A stretch of DNA of 63,204 nucleotides, the filler included, from Asterionella formosa (Eukaryota): the NCBI GenBank assembly GCA_002256025.1. It is 18 parts of 18 records of this genome, joined end to end, with 100 filler letters (N's around TTAATTAATTAA, not from the genome) between each part and the next. Parts side by side here need not be neighbours in the genome. Positions count along the whole stretch, not along the records: positions 49,279 to 52,687 come from NKIB01014177.1; positions 52,788 to 56,193 come from NKIB01014178.1; positions 56,294 to 59,699 come from NKIB01014179.1; positions 59,800 to 63,204 come from NKIB01014180.1; 14 more parts are not named here. One strand, given 5' to 3'. Both the position numbers and the translations under genes were made by a program. Below, piece by piece: positions 51,982-63,072 of this stretch (position 1 is its first letter; each line of letters starts with the position of its first letter). Under the pieces are notes generated by a model that searched no databases, was not told where the DNA came from, and saw nothing but the letters and a program-made list of their open reading frames with translations.

Positions 51982-52687
51982 TGAGCAATCCTGCACATCG
52001 ATACAGATATATATAGAGTTGGGGTTATGTCAAATATATCGGAATTCAATAATGAGAGAACTCGACTAACACCCATTCTATACTTTGATGTCAGTTCAGG
52101 AAATGAGTTATACATAAGGATTAATTAATAAGCTCATATATTCAACAAATACTACTACTTCTAGTTAGATACTTCACTTTGAATTCAAAAAGAGTCGAAT
52201 TAGAAGACAACAAACATGGCAATGTATTCAAGGGTTCCTGTGATTCCTTTGATCAAAGACTACAATGTATTGACTATCAAGACTAAAACGTTCAGAGTTG
52301 CTTTAACCGGTGGAAGGTTTGAATCGTTTGATCAAGATATGATCGATGGAAGCTCAGTGGAAGCATTGTTAATTGGAGTTAGTCAATTTCGTGATATGGC
52401 TAACACATGTGACTTTAGCCCTGCAGATACCTTTTCCTATTTTAAAAGGTGTTTGACAGACATTGCCTTATCGGATTGGTTGAATGTGGAAGTACACCCA
52501 GAAGATCAATCTTACGATAGTTTCGAAGAAGCGATGGCTTTATGGTTAGACGATCGTTTGCCAAATGAGAGTTTTCAACATCAACGACAATGGATGCTAC
52601 GTTATTTATCTAAACCCTTTTCCATGTTGGTAATGGATTACGGAGCTCGTATTAAAACTTTAAACAGGCTACTTCAACTAATGCCTC
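51982..52687 (+). mobile_element. Ty3/gypsy 5' end: LTR 51982-52176 and gag ORF from 52216
   Basis: TGAGCAATC...GATACTTCA LTR; gag-like FKRCL..ALSDW..FEEAM..QRQWM..LSKPFSM..RIKTLNRLLQLMP. Confidence 0.82.
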
Positions 52688-52811
52688 NNNNNNNNNNNNN
52701 NNNNNNNNNNNNNNNNNNNNNNNNNNNNNNNTTAATTAATTAANNNNNNNNNNNNNNNNNNNNNNNNNNNNNNNNNNNNNNNNNNNNCCCCCCCCCAGCG
52801 CTTTGACTTTC

Positions 52812-53006
52812 ACAGCCTCTCTAAAGAGCTGCGACAGAAAATAATAGGGATAAACATAGTACCACCATAACTGTACATGGCAGCCTCTACAGAGCTGCGA
52901 CAGAAAATAAAAGGGAAAAACATAGTACCACTATAACCGTACATTGCAGCCGCTACAGAGCTGCGACAGAAAATAATAGGGAAAAACATAGTACCACCAT
53001 AACCGT
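52812..53006 (+). repeat. ~66-bp minisatellite, 3 copies
   Basis: GAGCTGCGACAGAAAATAA(T/A)AGGGA(T/A)AAACATAGTACCAC is repeated. Confidence 0.9.
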
Positions 53007-53119
53007 AGGTGCTACTTAAAGGTGCTGATAAAAGATGTAGACGTATCACCTGGTACCGGTAGGAACTCGTCAGCCTGGCTAATTATCACGCCAGTTAAAT
53101 TCATAAAAGCAAGGAAGCC

Positions 53120-53491
53120 ATGACAAAACGTATGGAACGTCATTACCTGACAGTTCCCAAAGAACACCAAGAGATGTTAAAGGCAAACAACAACTATAAA
53201 GCATTCTACCAGATGACTATGGAGGATCTCCATGACAGTGACATTCCTGAGTATAGGCGACTCGATAAAAAAAGATTCAAGAAATATTTCATTGAGTGCT
53301 ATGCTGAGACATCGGGCAATTTCTCTGCTTACAATATAAGGGAACGAGCTTGCCATACTGAGGAGCTGAACAGAAGATATGCTGCTGCAAGAGAAGAAAA
53401 TGTTCATCTACCTTATGAACATTACCTTACTACGGGTAGTAGTGTTCGGAGAAATATGATGCAGTTTGAAGGAGAAATGGAAGAGATCTAA
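53120..53491 (+). CDS. Hypothetical protein (123 aa)
   Basis: ATG-initiated ORF with protein-like composition; no recognised motif. Confidence 0.35.
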   Translation: MTKRMERHYLTVPKEHQEMLKANNNYKAFYQMTMEDLHDSDIPEYRRLDKKRFKKYFIECYAETSGNFSAYNIRERACHTEELNRRYAAAREENVHLPYEHYLTTGSSVRRNMMQFEGEMEEI

Positions 53492-53709
53492 CCGTAACAC
53501 ATATACCTAGCTGTTAGTAAATGATAACTAATTTCGTATCTATGAAACAATGCATTTGCAGAGGATGTTATTTCTATATATCTCCAACGTCTGCGCGTCC
53601 TGCCAATATCTACTCATTACCTCAATCGTTTCGACTGGTGGCATTGAGTAAAACATTTGCAAGAACGAATGGATCGATGGGATATTGATCACAAACAGGA
53701 AGAAACATT

Positions 53710-54075
53710 CATGACAACCATGTCAGATCCGTTCCATTGCAAATCTTCCTTCAATAGGTCAAACTCATCATCCTTGAGCATTTGCCTTCCAGTGGCATAG
53801 TAGGACTGAAGCGCGTCCAGAAAGATACGCTCCTTTTCGGCTACTGTGAGACGAATGAGTTCCCCACTTTCCGGATCGACGACACAGTATTCCTCGTCAG
53901 GAATGCATTCTTCTTCCTGCAAGTTATTCTCAAAGAATCGTCCAGATTTGGCGTCGTACTTAGCGATTTCTCTCGTTCCGCTCGTAATGGTGATCTTTTT
54001 GTCGCTTCCTTCTTCGGCCATTAAAAGTGGACCAGCAACACGACCAGCTGTTGTCGTTGTCTTCCTTAAAGTTCA
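53710..54075 (-). pseudogene. PGRL1: PGR5-like 1 (PGRL1) gene fragment
   Basis: DEEYCVVD..LTVAEKERIFLDALQSYYATGRQMLKDDEFDLLKEDLQWNGSDMVVMN; no signal peptide upstream and no recognisable continuation downstream. Confidence 0.75.
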
Positions 54076-54099
54076 ATGATCTTAAATTCATTTACCGGT

Positions 54100-54515
54100 A
54101 CTGTCTCGCTGTAGTAGCAACAGTCATAGACATATGGTGTTCTATTTATACAATCCTAAAACTATGATGATTTACTATGGTGTTCTATTGCTTGCTTATA
54201 ACTCCGACTACAGGTACCACTTTTCAGTTTCACAATCATACGATCCTAAAACTATGATGATTTACTGTCCCACTGTAATTGCAACAGTCATGAACATATG
54301 GTGTTCTATTTGTTTTTAGTTTTACGATCAAACAATCCTAAAACTATGATGATTTACTGTCCCAATGTAATTACAAGAGTCATAAACATATGGTGTTTTT
54401 TGTTGTTTTTTACGATCATATGATCCTAAAACTATGATGATTTACTGTCCCACTGCAGTAGCAACAGTCCTGAACATATGGTGTTCTGTTGCTAGTTTCC
54501 TACTCCGACTACCCC
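54100..54515 (+). repeat. ~90-bp minisatellite, about 4.5 copies
   Basis: ATCCTAAAACTATGATGATTTACT at about 54153, 54243, 54335 and 54423. Confidence 0.9.
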
Positions 54516-55400
54516 CAGTATATAACTTACTACCTGCTACTGGTACTCTGTATATATATATGATATATTGTTATTGTCATACCGGTATGATGTACCGGTA
54601 CACATGAAGAGCTCCCGCCCAAAAAAAAGGCTTAAACAATTTGCAACCAAAACCCTGGCGGCTATTTAATGGTCTAAATAATTGGTTTCAACGGACGTAG
54701 AAAATATCGAGGCAAACAAATTTCAGAAACAATTCCGGTACACGTAGTCGTGGAAAACAATGGACATATAGTGCATTGAGTATTTTCGAATTATGTATAT
54801 TCGAGTATGATCATTTTAACCATATCAGATGTTCCATATCGAGAGCGCCTTTGAATTTTATAAATGTATAACACTTAATATATATATATATTTACAAATT
54901 TTATTTCTATATTCATGGCATATATATTTTGAAATCATTCTGTCATGTTAACAAACAATGCCTGCTGCTTCATGAAAAGATACGTCGTAGTAAAGCACAT
55001 TAAAAGCAAAGAAAATTTTCGCAATATATAACGAAAAACATTGTGACTTCGACACATTGCGCATTCGAAGGATGGAGAATGTTAAAGTTAATGAAACGAT
55101 CAATGTGGTAGCTACTTGGATGACAATCGTTGGGAGGCAGGCAGCACAACAACAAATTGTTGACTAAACGCAGCCACATTTTCTTTTTTCTCAGTTGATT
55201 AAACAGCTCGTTTCGCTTGTTGGGGAGCACCAATGTAAAACAAAACCAAATTGCGTAAGTGCTCTTGTCGCTCGTTGGACCTATTCACTTCTGTTGGAAA
55301 AAAGCTGACAAAACGTTTATATTCTCTCAAAGTTAAGATGACAAAAATGAACCGGTAAGTTTTATTCCACGACATTGGATACCCGAAACTTACTTATTCA

Positions 55401-55985
55401 AGAATTTACTGACAGGTTACTATTACAGACTTATGCATCAGTTGCATTGATTTGTGGTAAGTGAAGCAAGAGGATACAATGGAATTGCGTGTTCTTGTGT
55501 CAATGTAATATGACTAGCTAACAAATCATTCCTTCTCATTGTTTCTGTAACTGCATAGGACCATAAAACCAATCAAACAACGGAATAGTCGGCGAAAACT
55601 TTTAGTATGGCTTGTCAGCTCACGCATTATTGTTGACAACAGGCAGGGACAATGAGGTCCGGAATGGAAGTTGTTCTGGTAGAATTTACTGACAATTTAC
55701 TATTACAGACTTATGCATCAGTTGCATTGATTTGTGGTAAGTGAAGCAAGAGGATAGGATGGAATTGCCTGTCGTTGTTTCAATGTATCATGACTATCTG
55801 TAACTGCATAGGTTGCTGCAATGTCAATTGAATCCTCGACTCAAATAAAAGAACTCTGCAATACAGTTGAATGGTATGTGTGTTCTTGTTGTGTACCTAA
55901 ATGCTAGTATGGCTTGTCAGCTCAAGCATTGTTGTTGACAACAGGCAGGGACAATGAGGTTTGGAATGAACGTTGTTCTGGTAAG
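55401..55985 (+). repeat. ~280-300-bp tandem duplication
   Basis: AGAATTTACTGACA..TTACTATTACAGACTTATGCATCAG at 55401 and 55681; TAGTATGGCTTGTCAGCTCA at about 55603 and 55905. Confidence 0.85.
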
Positions 55986-56995
55986 ATTACTGCGCTATTT
56001 TGACGGCTATATGAGCAACGCTACTGATAACTCACACTGATCTTCCTCTACATTCAATTGACATTGCAGCAAACCCTTTCAGTGCAGGATCATTCGCATG
56101 CCGTTCGGAATGAGCAGGCTTTATTTCATTAATGACACTTTTTAATTTAGTTGAATGAACTCCAGAAAATTACGTAAACAAATGTTACATATTNNNNNNN
56201 NNNNNNNNNNNNNNNNNNNNNNNNNNNNNNNNNNNNNTTAATTAATTAANNNNNNNNNNNNNNNNNNNNNNNNNNNNNNNNNNNNNNNNNNNNTTCCGTT
56301 TTCGAAGTTATTGATTGGAAATGGCAGTCAATCTTAAAGCACCAATCAAGCGAGACCTACATCTATCTCAAAATTCTCACCTAGAAAGTTCGACTCAAAA
56401 GAAGTTTAACTCCGAACTTCCGAGAACGTCTGCGTCGAGCTGCATTTGCCGTTGGATCCACTGTGGAGACACTTGCTATCCATACGCTTGGATCGACCAA
56501 GAAAATACAGTCGGATAAATGTTGGCAAAACCGAATGATTCCTTGCGAGTTTTCCTAGATCCCACCAATGCATTGCTCAATCATATGGGTGCAATCACAA
56601 GGGCGATAAATTCTGGGAAAGGTCCCATATTCTTGTGCCCTTGATTTATGCTTGGATTTGGTTGCCATGATTGTCCAAATGGATTTGGGAGCTTCAAGGG
56701 TTTTGCCCAGCGTAACATGGGCGGAGGGAGTTCACCATTGATTTCACAATGACACAGATGATTCTCAGGTGATTTCTCAAATTGGCGGAATTCGACCTCC
56801 TAGGCTTCGAGTTCAGCCAAAGATCCCAGTTGATTTGGAAGTATAGGAAGGAGCAAAGGCAGTAGATAGGCTAATCGAATATGTATGCTAAGCAACAATG
56901 AATTGATCTTATTAAAAGACATCTTTTATTGTTTCTATTGCACATGCCGAACAAACTCAACAGCACCCACCCACAAATTTCGGCTGGATGGCATG

Positions 56996-57523
56996 TTACA
57001 TAGAAAGGCGAGATTGGCTAGAGTACCCCAGTGGCTCTCTATCCTTTCCATAAGAGCTCCTTGACGAGCGAATCACATCAACACTTTCATTGTGAATGAT
57101 GGAATTTTCATCAATATCCTCCTCCAAGTTCCAAACATGATCCCCACCAATGACAGTATTGGTGTGTGTCTCGTCGCTGCATGTCAAGCCATCGTTTTCC
57201 TCGTCACTTGGCCACTTCATGAGTTCCACCGATCCCATGTACCAAGTCTTGGATGAATGTAAATTCAAAAGTTCCTTGTCAATGCTGACATCTGAATCTT
57301 CACCTTCGTTATTGTGGACTTGGACCACAGTAGGAAGATCAGCCCAGTGACAAGGATCATGTGGATAGTGAACCGGTGGCACTCTGGTCTGATGAACTCT
57401 GGATATAGTATTCGCCTTGCGTTGCTTCACTGGAGGCAAGCTCTGAGTGACAGTTTTGTCATTAGTTTGACAACGAAGCTCATCAGTGGCGAATGGGCGA
57501 TGGCGACGAAAAAGTTGAACCAT
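56996..57523 (-). CDS. Hypothetical protein
   Basis: 175-aa acidic ORF divergent from the LSm gene; start uncertain. Confidence 0.35.
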   Translation of the reverse strand: MVQLFRRHRPFATDELRCQTNDKTVTQSLPPVKQRKANTISRVHQTRVPPVHYPHDPCHWADLPTVVQVHNNEGEDSDVSIDKELLNLHSSKTWYMGSVELMKWPSDEENDGLTCSDETHTNTVIGGDHVWNLEEDIDENSIIHNESVDVIRSSRSSYGKDREPLGYSSQSRLSM

Positions 57524-57853
57524 GGTGCTGGTTGAACAAGCTTTGGGAGTGAGAATGTGCGACTTTCATCCATTCGGATTTTGGACTTGCCGGGTTTGCT
57601 ATGGATAGCTTCACCACCTCCGTACGAGAGACTCCGCTCTTCATCAGGTTAGAGTGAGACCAAAAGTGGTGCAAGAAAGTTGCCGCCCACTAATAGACGA
57701 GAAACATGCAATGCCGATGAGAGATGGGATTGGTCCAAATGAGTGGCAAATTGTGAGGGACTTGTTCGGTACCACGAATTTGTTGATTGCGGCTGTATGA
57801 CAATTTGGATGTTGTGCTACATGCTGATGGACGATGCCTCCACTCTTGTGAGA

Positions 57854-58240
57854 ATGGCGACAGTATCAACGGGTTTAAAGCTTTCGAAACCTTCCCATCG
57901 GACACTTGCTTCTCTACTCAAATACTTTCTTGGCGTAACATTGTCCGTGGAGCTGAAGAACGGCCGCCAATACCGCGGAGAATTGACGGAGGCCGACAAG
58001 TGCATGAATTTGACTTTGGAAGGAGCCCAAGACATTACGAGCACCACAACAAGTAGCAGCAGTCGCAGTTGCACTCAGGAAAGTTCAGGACTGTTTTTGG
58101 AACTGAGTATTCGCGGAAGCACAATCAGATACATTCAATTTCCGGACGACTGCGATATTCCGTTGGCAATCAAGCGTGGTCAAGATCGCGAGCGAAGCCT
58201 AACAAACAGATATCAACGCGGTGTACGCAAAACCAAATGA
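57854..58240 (+). CDS. LSM10: Sm-like protein, LSm10-like
   Basis: TLASLLKYFLGVTLSVELKNG..YRGEL..AD..MNLTL (Sm1) and LSIRGSTIRYIQFPD (Sm2); start could be 57827 or 57854. Confidence 0.7.
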   Translation: MATVSTGLKLSKPSHRTLASLLKYFLGVTLSVELKNGRQYRGELTEADKCMNLTLEGAQDITSTTTSSSSRSCTQESSGLFLELSIRGSTIRYIQFPDDCDIPLAIKRGQDRERSLTNRYQRGVRKTK

Positions 58241-59699
58241 GGGTGGCACTGCTGGTGGCAAAATCTTTCATGATCGTCGCCAATTGCAGCGCTTTTCAAC
58301 TTTCGCTTGATAGAGCAACAATTATTCTGGGAAGGCTCACGATGTCAAGGTCTACTGCGTCCTACACAGCATGCATCAAGTGTCGCGGCGAAGGGAACCT
58401 CAAACGACCCATGTCCAAAAAAGCTCGCTCTCAAGCAAAAAGAAAAAAAATTGATGATGAACCACCATCACCAACACTGGCACCTTGCGTGATTTGCTCT
58501 GGATCTGGTCTTGTGGAAGGCGTACCCCCAACTCCTTCAGGACCAACGATCGCTATTGTTGGAGGTGGACTGGGAGGCTTAGCCCTGGCCGTTGCTTGCA
58601 AACATCGATCCATCCCTTTCACAGTATACGAACGTGATGCCGACTTTTCCGAACGATCACAAGGGTACGGTCTAACCATGCAACAGGCCAGCAAGGCGTT
58701 CAAATCGTTCGGGATCACGTTGGAAGGTGGTGTTACCTCCACTCAACATTTTGTGCATACACCGGACGGTGAAGTAGTCGGGAGTTGGGGCTTGAGAAAG
58801 TGGGGAAGACCAGACAATAAAAAGGAAGCGAAGCGTCAAAACATACATATAGCTAGGCAGTCGCTGCGCTGGCAATTACTCGAGGCCATGGGTGGACAAG
58901 TGGAATGGAATTGTCAATTGGTGGATTTAAAACAAGGCAAGGAGGGGGTCAAGATGACTTTTCTCAAAGGAAGCGAAACCCTGGAAAAAACTGCTGACTT
59001 GGTGGTTGGAGCAGACGGAATTCGAAGTACAACAAGGCGTCTATATGTGGGTGATGAGACCAGCCCACTTCGGTATTTAGGATGTTTGGTAGTTCTGGGC
59101 ATTGTACCCCTTTCCAATGTAGTCAGCACGTCAGGCCTTCTTGACGGAGCCACTGTCTTCCAAACTGCAGATGGAACAACTCGCATCTACGCGATGCCAT
59201 ATTCACCTGACAAATACATGTGGCAGCTTAGCTTTCCTTTGGAAGAAGAAGAGGCCAAAGTTATCAGTTTTGGTGGGTCTTCATCTCTAAAAGATGAAGC
59301 TCTAAAACGATGCGGCTCCTGGCATGATCCCATTCCTCAATTACTTAAGGCAACACCAGAATCTCTCGTATCAGGATATCCAGTATACGATCGCTCAAAT
59401 CTATCTCGACACATCCTAGATCCAAAGTCAATGATAACTCTCCTAGGCGATGCAGCTCATCCCATGAGCCCTTTTAAAGGTCAAGGCGCAAACTGTGCTA
59501 TTCTCGATGGTTTGGATCTAGCCAAGGCCATCTACAAATCACCCGATAATCTTGAAGTCGCTGTGCAAAAGTATGAAACTGCGATGCTGGCAAGAAGTGC
59601 CACCAAAGTCAAGGCATCGGCGGAGGCAGCGCAATTTCTTCATTCGGAGATTGCTATCCAAGTGGGGGACGTGACTAGAGGATGTGCAGCTCATACCAA
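58237..59699 (+). CDS. FAD-dependent monooxygenase with N-terminal CxxCxGxG pair, predicted plastid-targeted (3'-truncated)
   Basis: IAIVGGGLGGLALA, LVVGADGIRS, TLLGDAAHPMSPFKGQGAN; MRVALLVAKSFMIVANCSA|FQL presequence; CIKCRGEG and CVICSGSG. Confidence 0.9.
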
Positions 59700-59980
59700 N
59701 NNNNNNNNNNNNNNNNNNNNNNNNNNNNNNNNNNNNNNNNNNNTTAATTAATTAANNNNNNNNNNNNNNNNNNNNNNNNNNNNNNNNNNNNNNNNNNNNG
59801 TACCAGTAGGCAGAAAGGCCAGTACGATGCCTGCATTTCCCGAGCGAGATCGAACGCTGTGTTGTTCATGTGCGTAAAAACACCTGTGTGTGACGCAACG
59901 GTATGTTTTCGATCAACATCGTGTCGTTCGTAATCTTTATGGGATGGGAGCTGCAAAAAAGGGCGCCGGAAGGGATGCTC

Positions 59981-62187
59981 TCACTTGTCCTTCTTGATTT
60001 CATCGGTTTCGCAAAACAATGTGGCTGGAGTCGACACGGTACGGTGCATGTCTCGGCGATTTGGCTCCTGAGGGATCGTTGAGAACGACATGGAGCGGAC
60101 TGCATGCTTTTTCCATCGGTCGACGCGACCGAATAAACTGCCCCACTCTCGAGCGGAGACAAGAGAGAGTTGAAGCACAGCAGAAACAAGCATAAGAAAT
60201 GAAACCGCACCAAGGGCACTTGTTAGTGACACAAAGTTCGTAGAGATAACTCCGATTGAAACAGCAATGTTGACAATAATGCGAGGGAATGTCATCAACG
60301 AGCACCTAGCGTCTGATGGGATGTAAATAGACCGAATCACGCCCTCGCAAGGCATGTAAATTCCAACAATGAATTCATAAACCATAAAGGCTAGAAGGGA
60401 AGCGGGGAACGTTATGGCGCTTTCATCTGGTAAAATAGTTGGAACGATTAAGAGTACTGCACACATGAGGTAACATGTTGCAGCCAAGAACTCAACTGCC
60501 ATTGGACGGATCGCTTCTCCTTCCACTTCAACTATTTCCAGTGTTCCAGCTGTCAATGGTGAAATAAGAGCAGTGATTCCATGTCTAACAAAGGGCGACA
60601 CAAGCCCTCCAAGGACTCCACAAGCCATAAACGATCCAAAAATGAGCCCATATGCAGGCTGACCGTCGCTGTCGACCCCGAGAATGTTTGTTGGTGCGTG
60701 CTGAGCAAATTGGCGCAGAACAGGCGACCAAAGGAAGATGAAAATCTGAATGGAACCTGTCGTCAGTCCCTGAATGATTCCCACACGCAAAACCCTTGAG
60801 TCAGACTTGAAGGTTTGGATAGCTTCTGATAGGTAGCCACCGATGCTTTTCGCTTCTTGCCCGTCAGATACGCCATAATTTTCTGTCCACACAAATGCAA
60901 CAACAGCGAATGCCACCGCAGTGCAAGTCACAGCTCCCTCAAAAGGACCAACAGGTCCAAGCCGAACAGCTAAATGATGCGCCAAGTAGCCGGACGCAAT
61001 CGCCGCGAGATTACTTACAATTGCAGAATCTCTCATGATGATCTCATATTTTTCTTTGTCGAATCCCCGTCGACGATATTCAGTATCCAACCATGTCTCA
61101 AAGACGGAGGACAAGAGGTTTGTTGTAATCCCTCCGACCATGCGACAAAGAATTAATCCTGCTAAAATAGGGTATTGCTCGAGAATATTGATTCCCATCT
61201 CCAGCGCACAATATATCAGTGCTGCCTTCTTTCGACCAAGTTTATCCACCAGTGCGCCAGTAATGGGAGAAGTAATTGCACCGGTCACAAAGCCAAGGCA
61301 ATACAACGACGACACCGAATAGCCATATCCTTCATACAGAACATATAGGTGAGTTCCTAGTATGAGCGAGAAAGGAAGCAGGTTGTGAGAAAAATAATAG
61401 ATCAATAGAAGAATCAAACTGTCGGTAACAGCTACCGTGCCATACTAATCAAATCATAGTACCCGAGAATCGCTTACTTACCTTGCAGGCCATCAGCGAG
61501 CATGATGGCCATGGTAACGATCAAATAGTTCATTCTAAACGCAAAAAATGCCGACTGGGTTGGCTTATCTGAAAAATTATCAGGAATCTCGTCCGATGGG
61601 TCGGCAATCAATGATTCGTCCATGGAGGATGCATCTGAAAGGTCAACTAGTGACAAAGGATCGACGAAGTCTTGTTCTTCTTCGCCTCTCGTTTCTGAAA
61701 TCGTACTCTTCGATTTTCTTCTCATATGAGCCTTAAAAGATTCCTGTTTTCTCGGAGATTGCATAGGTTCATTTCGAATGTTGCGGGACAGTAGCGCTAT
61801 GAACCGATCCCGCACCTCCAGCTGGCGATTCTGCATTCTGCTTCGTCGACGACAATTGGAGGCTTGTATCGACAGGAAGTCACCAAGATCGTCAAATGTG
61901 CAATCTTCATATCCCTCTGGAGAAAGAATGAAATCGTCATCGTCTTCTTCAAAATTTGAAAGGGCTTCCATTCTGGCGGCAACCGTCGGGAGAGCTATGA
62001 CGACAATTTCCGTTGGCGCCTTTCCATGAATAGGCATTGAGTTAAAAGTGGTTGTATATTCGTCCTCATTAGTTAAAACTGCGATATCTGAGACCTTTCT
62101 TGCCATTGGCGGACAATAGCCATGAAATCTTCGATGTGTCATTTTTCTTCGTTGGTGATCTGAGTTGCTGGATAATGTTTCCAGCAT
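59981..62187 (-). CDS. MFS transporter, MFSD5/molybdate-anion transporter-like, long N-terminal extension; intron 61357-61481
   Basis: YLIVTMAIMLADGLQG|THLYVLYEGYG, GGITTNLLSSVFETW, IFIFLWSP, multiple TM helices; start may be 62241, 62187 or 62139. Confidence 0.9.
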
Positions 62188-63072
62188 GATTATATGTTTC
62201 GAAAATGTATATTTATATTTGGCTGAAAAAATTATGATCAAAACTTGAGAAGCGTACCAGTAATCCTGTTTACATACCGGTATTCTTTTTTTTCAACACA
62301 TTTGTATGTGCCGGTAATTTTAAATAAACAAATGGTACTTCCTTCGAATGCCGTTGAGCGTATGTAGAAAAATTAGAAAACATGAATTTTTGATGATGCC
62401 GGCATGCGTCAGCATACTGCTTCAGAAAACAGTTTATATGTATATGAATATGTAGGAATCATCGCCTGCAAAGGGCAAGCGATGCACGAGGCTGTCGTGT
62501 GAAACATAAGAACCGTCGATCTACTCCGTTTAGTATGTCTGGGTACTGGTACCTCGTACCTCGTACAACCACATACTGGTAAACAGATTGCAATCAGGAT
62601 CTTGTAAAATAACAACAGCAATACCGGTGGCTTTTGCTGAAAACCGGTACCAGGTACCACGTACCCTGGCATGAAACACAGTACCAGGTACCCGGTACTG
62701 TAAATGTTCATTTGTGTGTACCGGTTGGCCTATATACATATTGAGTCAATACTGCGTGCGTATATCTGCATGTGGTTTTGGATGTAAGTTGTGCTGCTTT
62801 GCAATCAGACGTGGATTATTTTGAGAATGATGTACACGATCGTATTTTGATCCCGTTTGATGCGCACAATGTGCAGGTATCCATTGATTAGAGAATAAAT
62901 GATTATATGTAAAAACGTTAAACAAGACCTCCGGCACGCACCACATGAGGCCTACCTAAATTTCGGTATGTATCTGGTTGCAAATTGCCGGGACATAAAA
63001 CGAAATGCAAACCAAGAATCGAGTCCTTCAAAAATGATGAGTAGAAAGTAAATTTGGAGTACTGGTACCAGG

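Noticed and set aside
52812..53006. CRISPR-like ~66-bp periodicity
   Set aside because: The whole unit is repeated and there are no unique spacers.
54100..54515. CRISPR-like or C/D snoRNA-cluster appearance (conserved 24-mer containing ATGATGA every ~90 bp)
   Set aside because: The intervening sequences are homologous to each other, there are no cas genes and no consistent D box; it is a minisatellite.
56294..56820. Coding-like composition at the contig start
   Set aside because: The frames examined were interrupted by stops and showed no recognisable motif.
58069..58236. Upstream extension of the monooxygenase ORF in the ORF track
   Set aside because: It starts at a non-ATG codon inside the LSm CDS; ATG 58237 gives a proper targeting peptide.
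3431..59799. Regularly spaced TTAATTAATTAA motif within N runs, and ORFs that run through X stretches
   Set aside because: Artificial contig linker; gene neighbourhoods across spacers are not biological.
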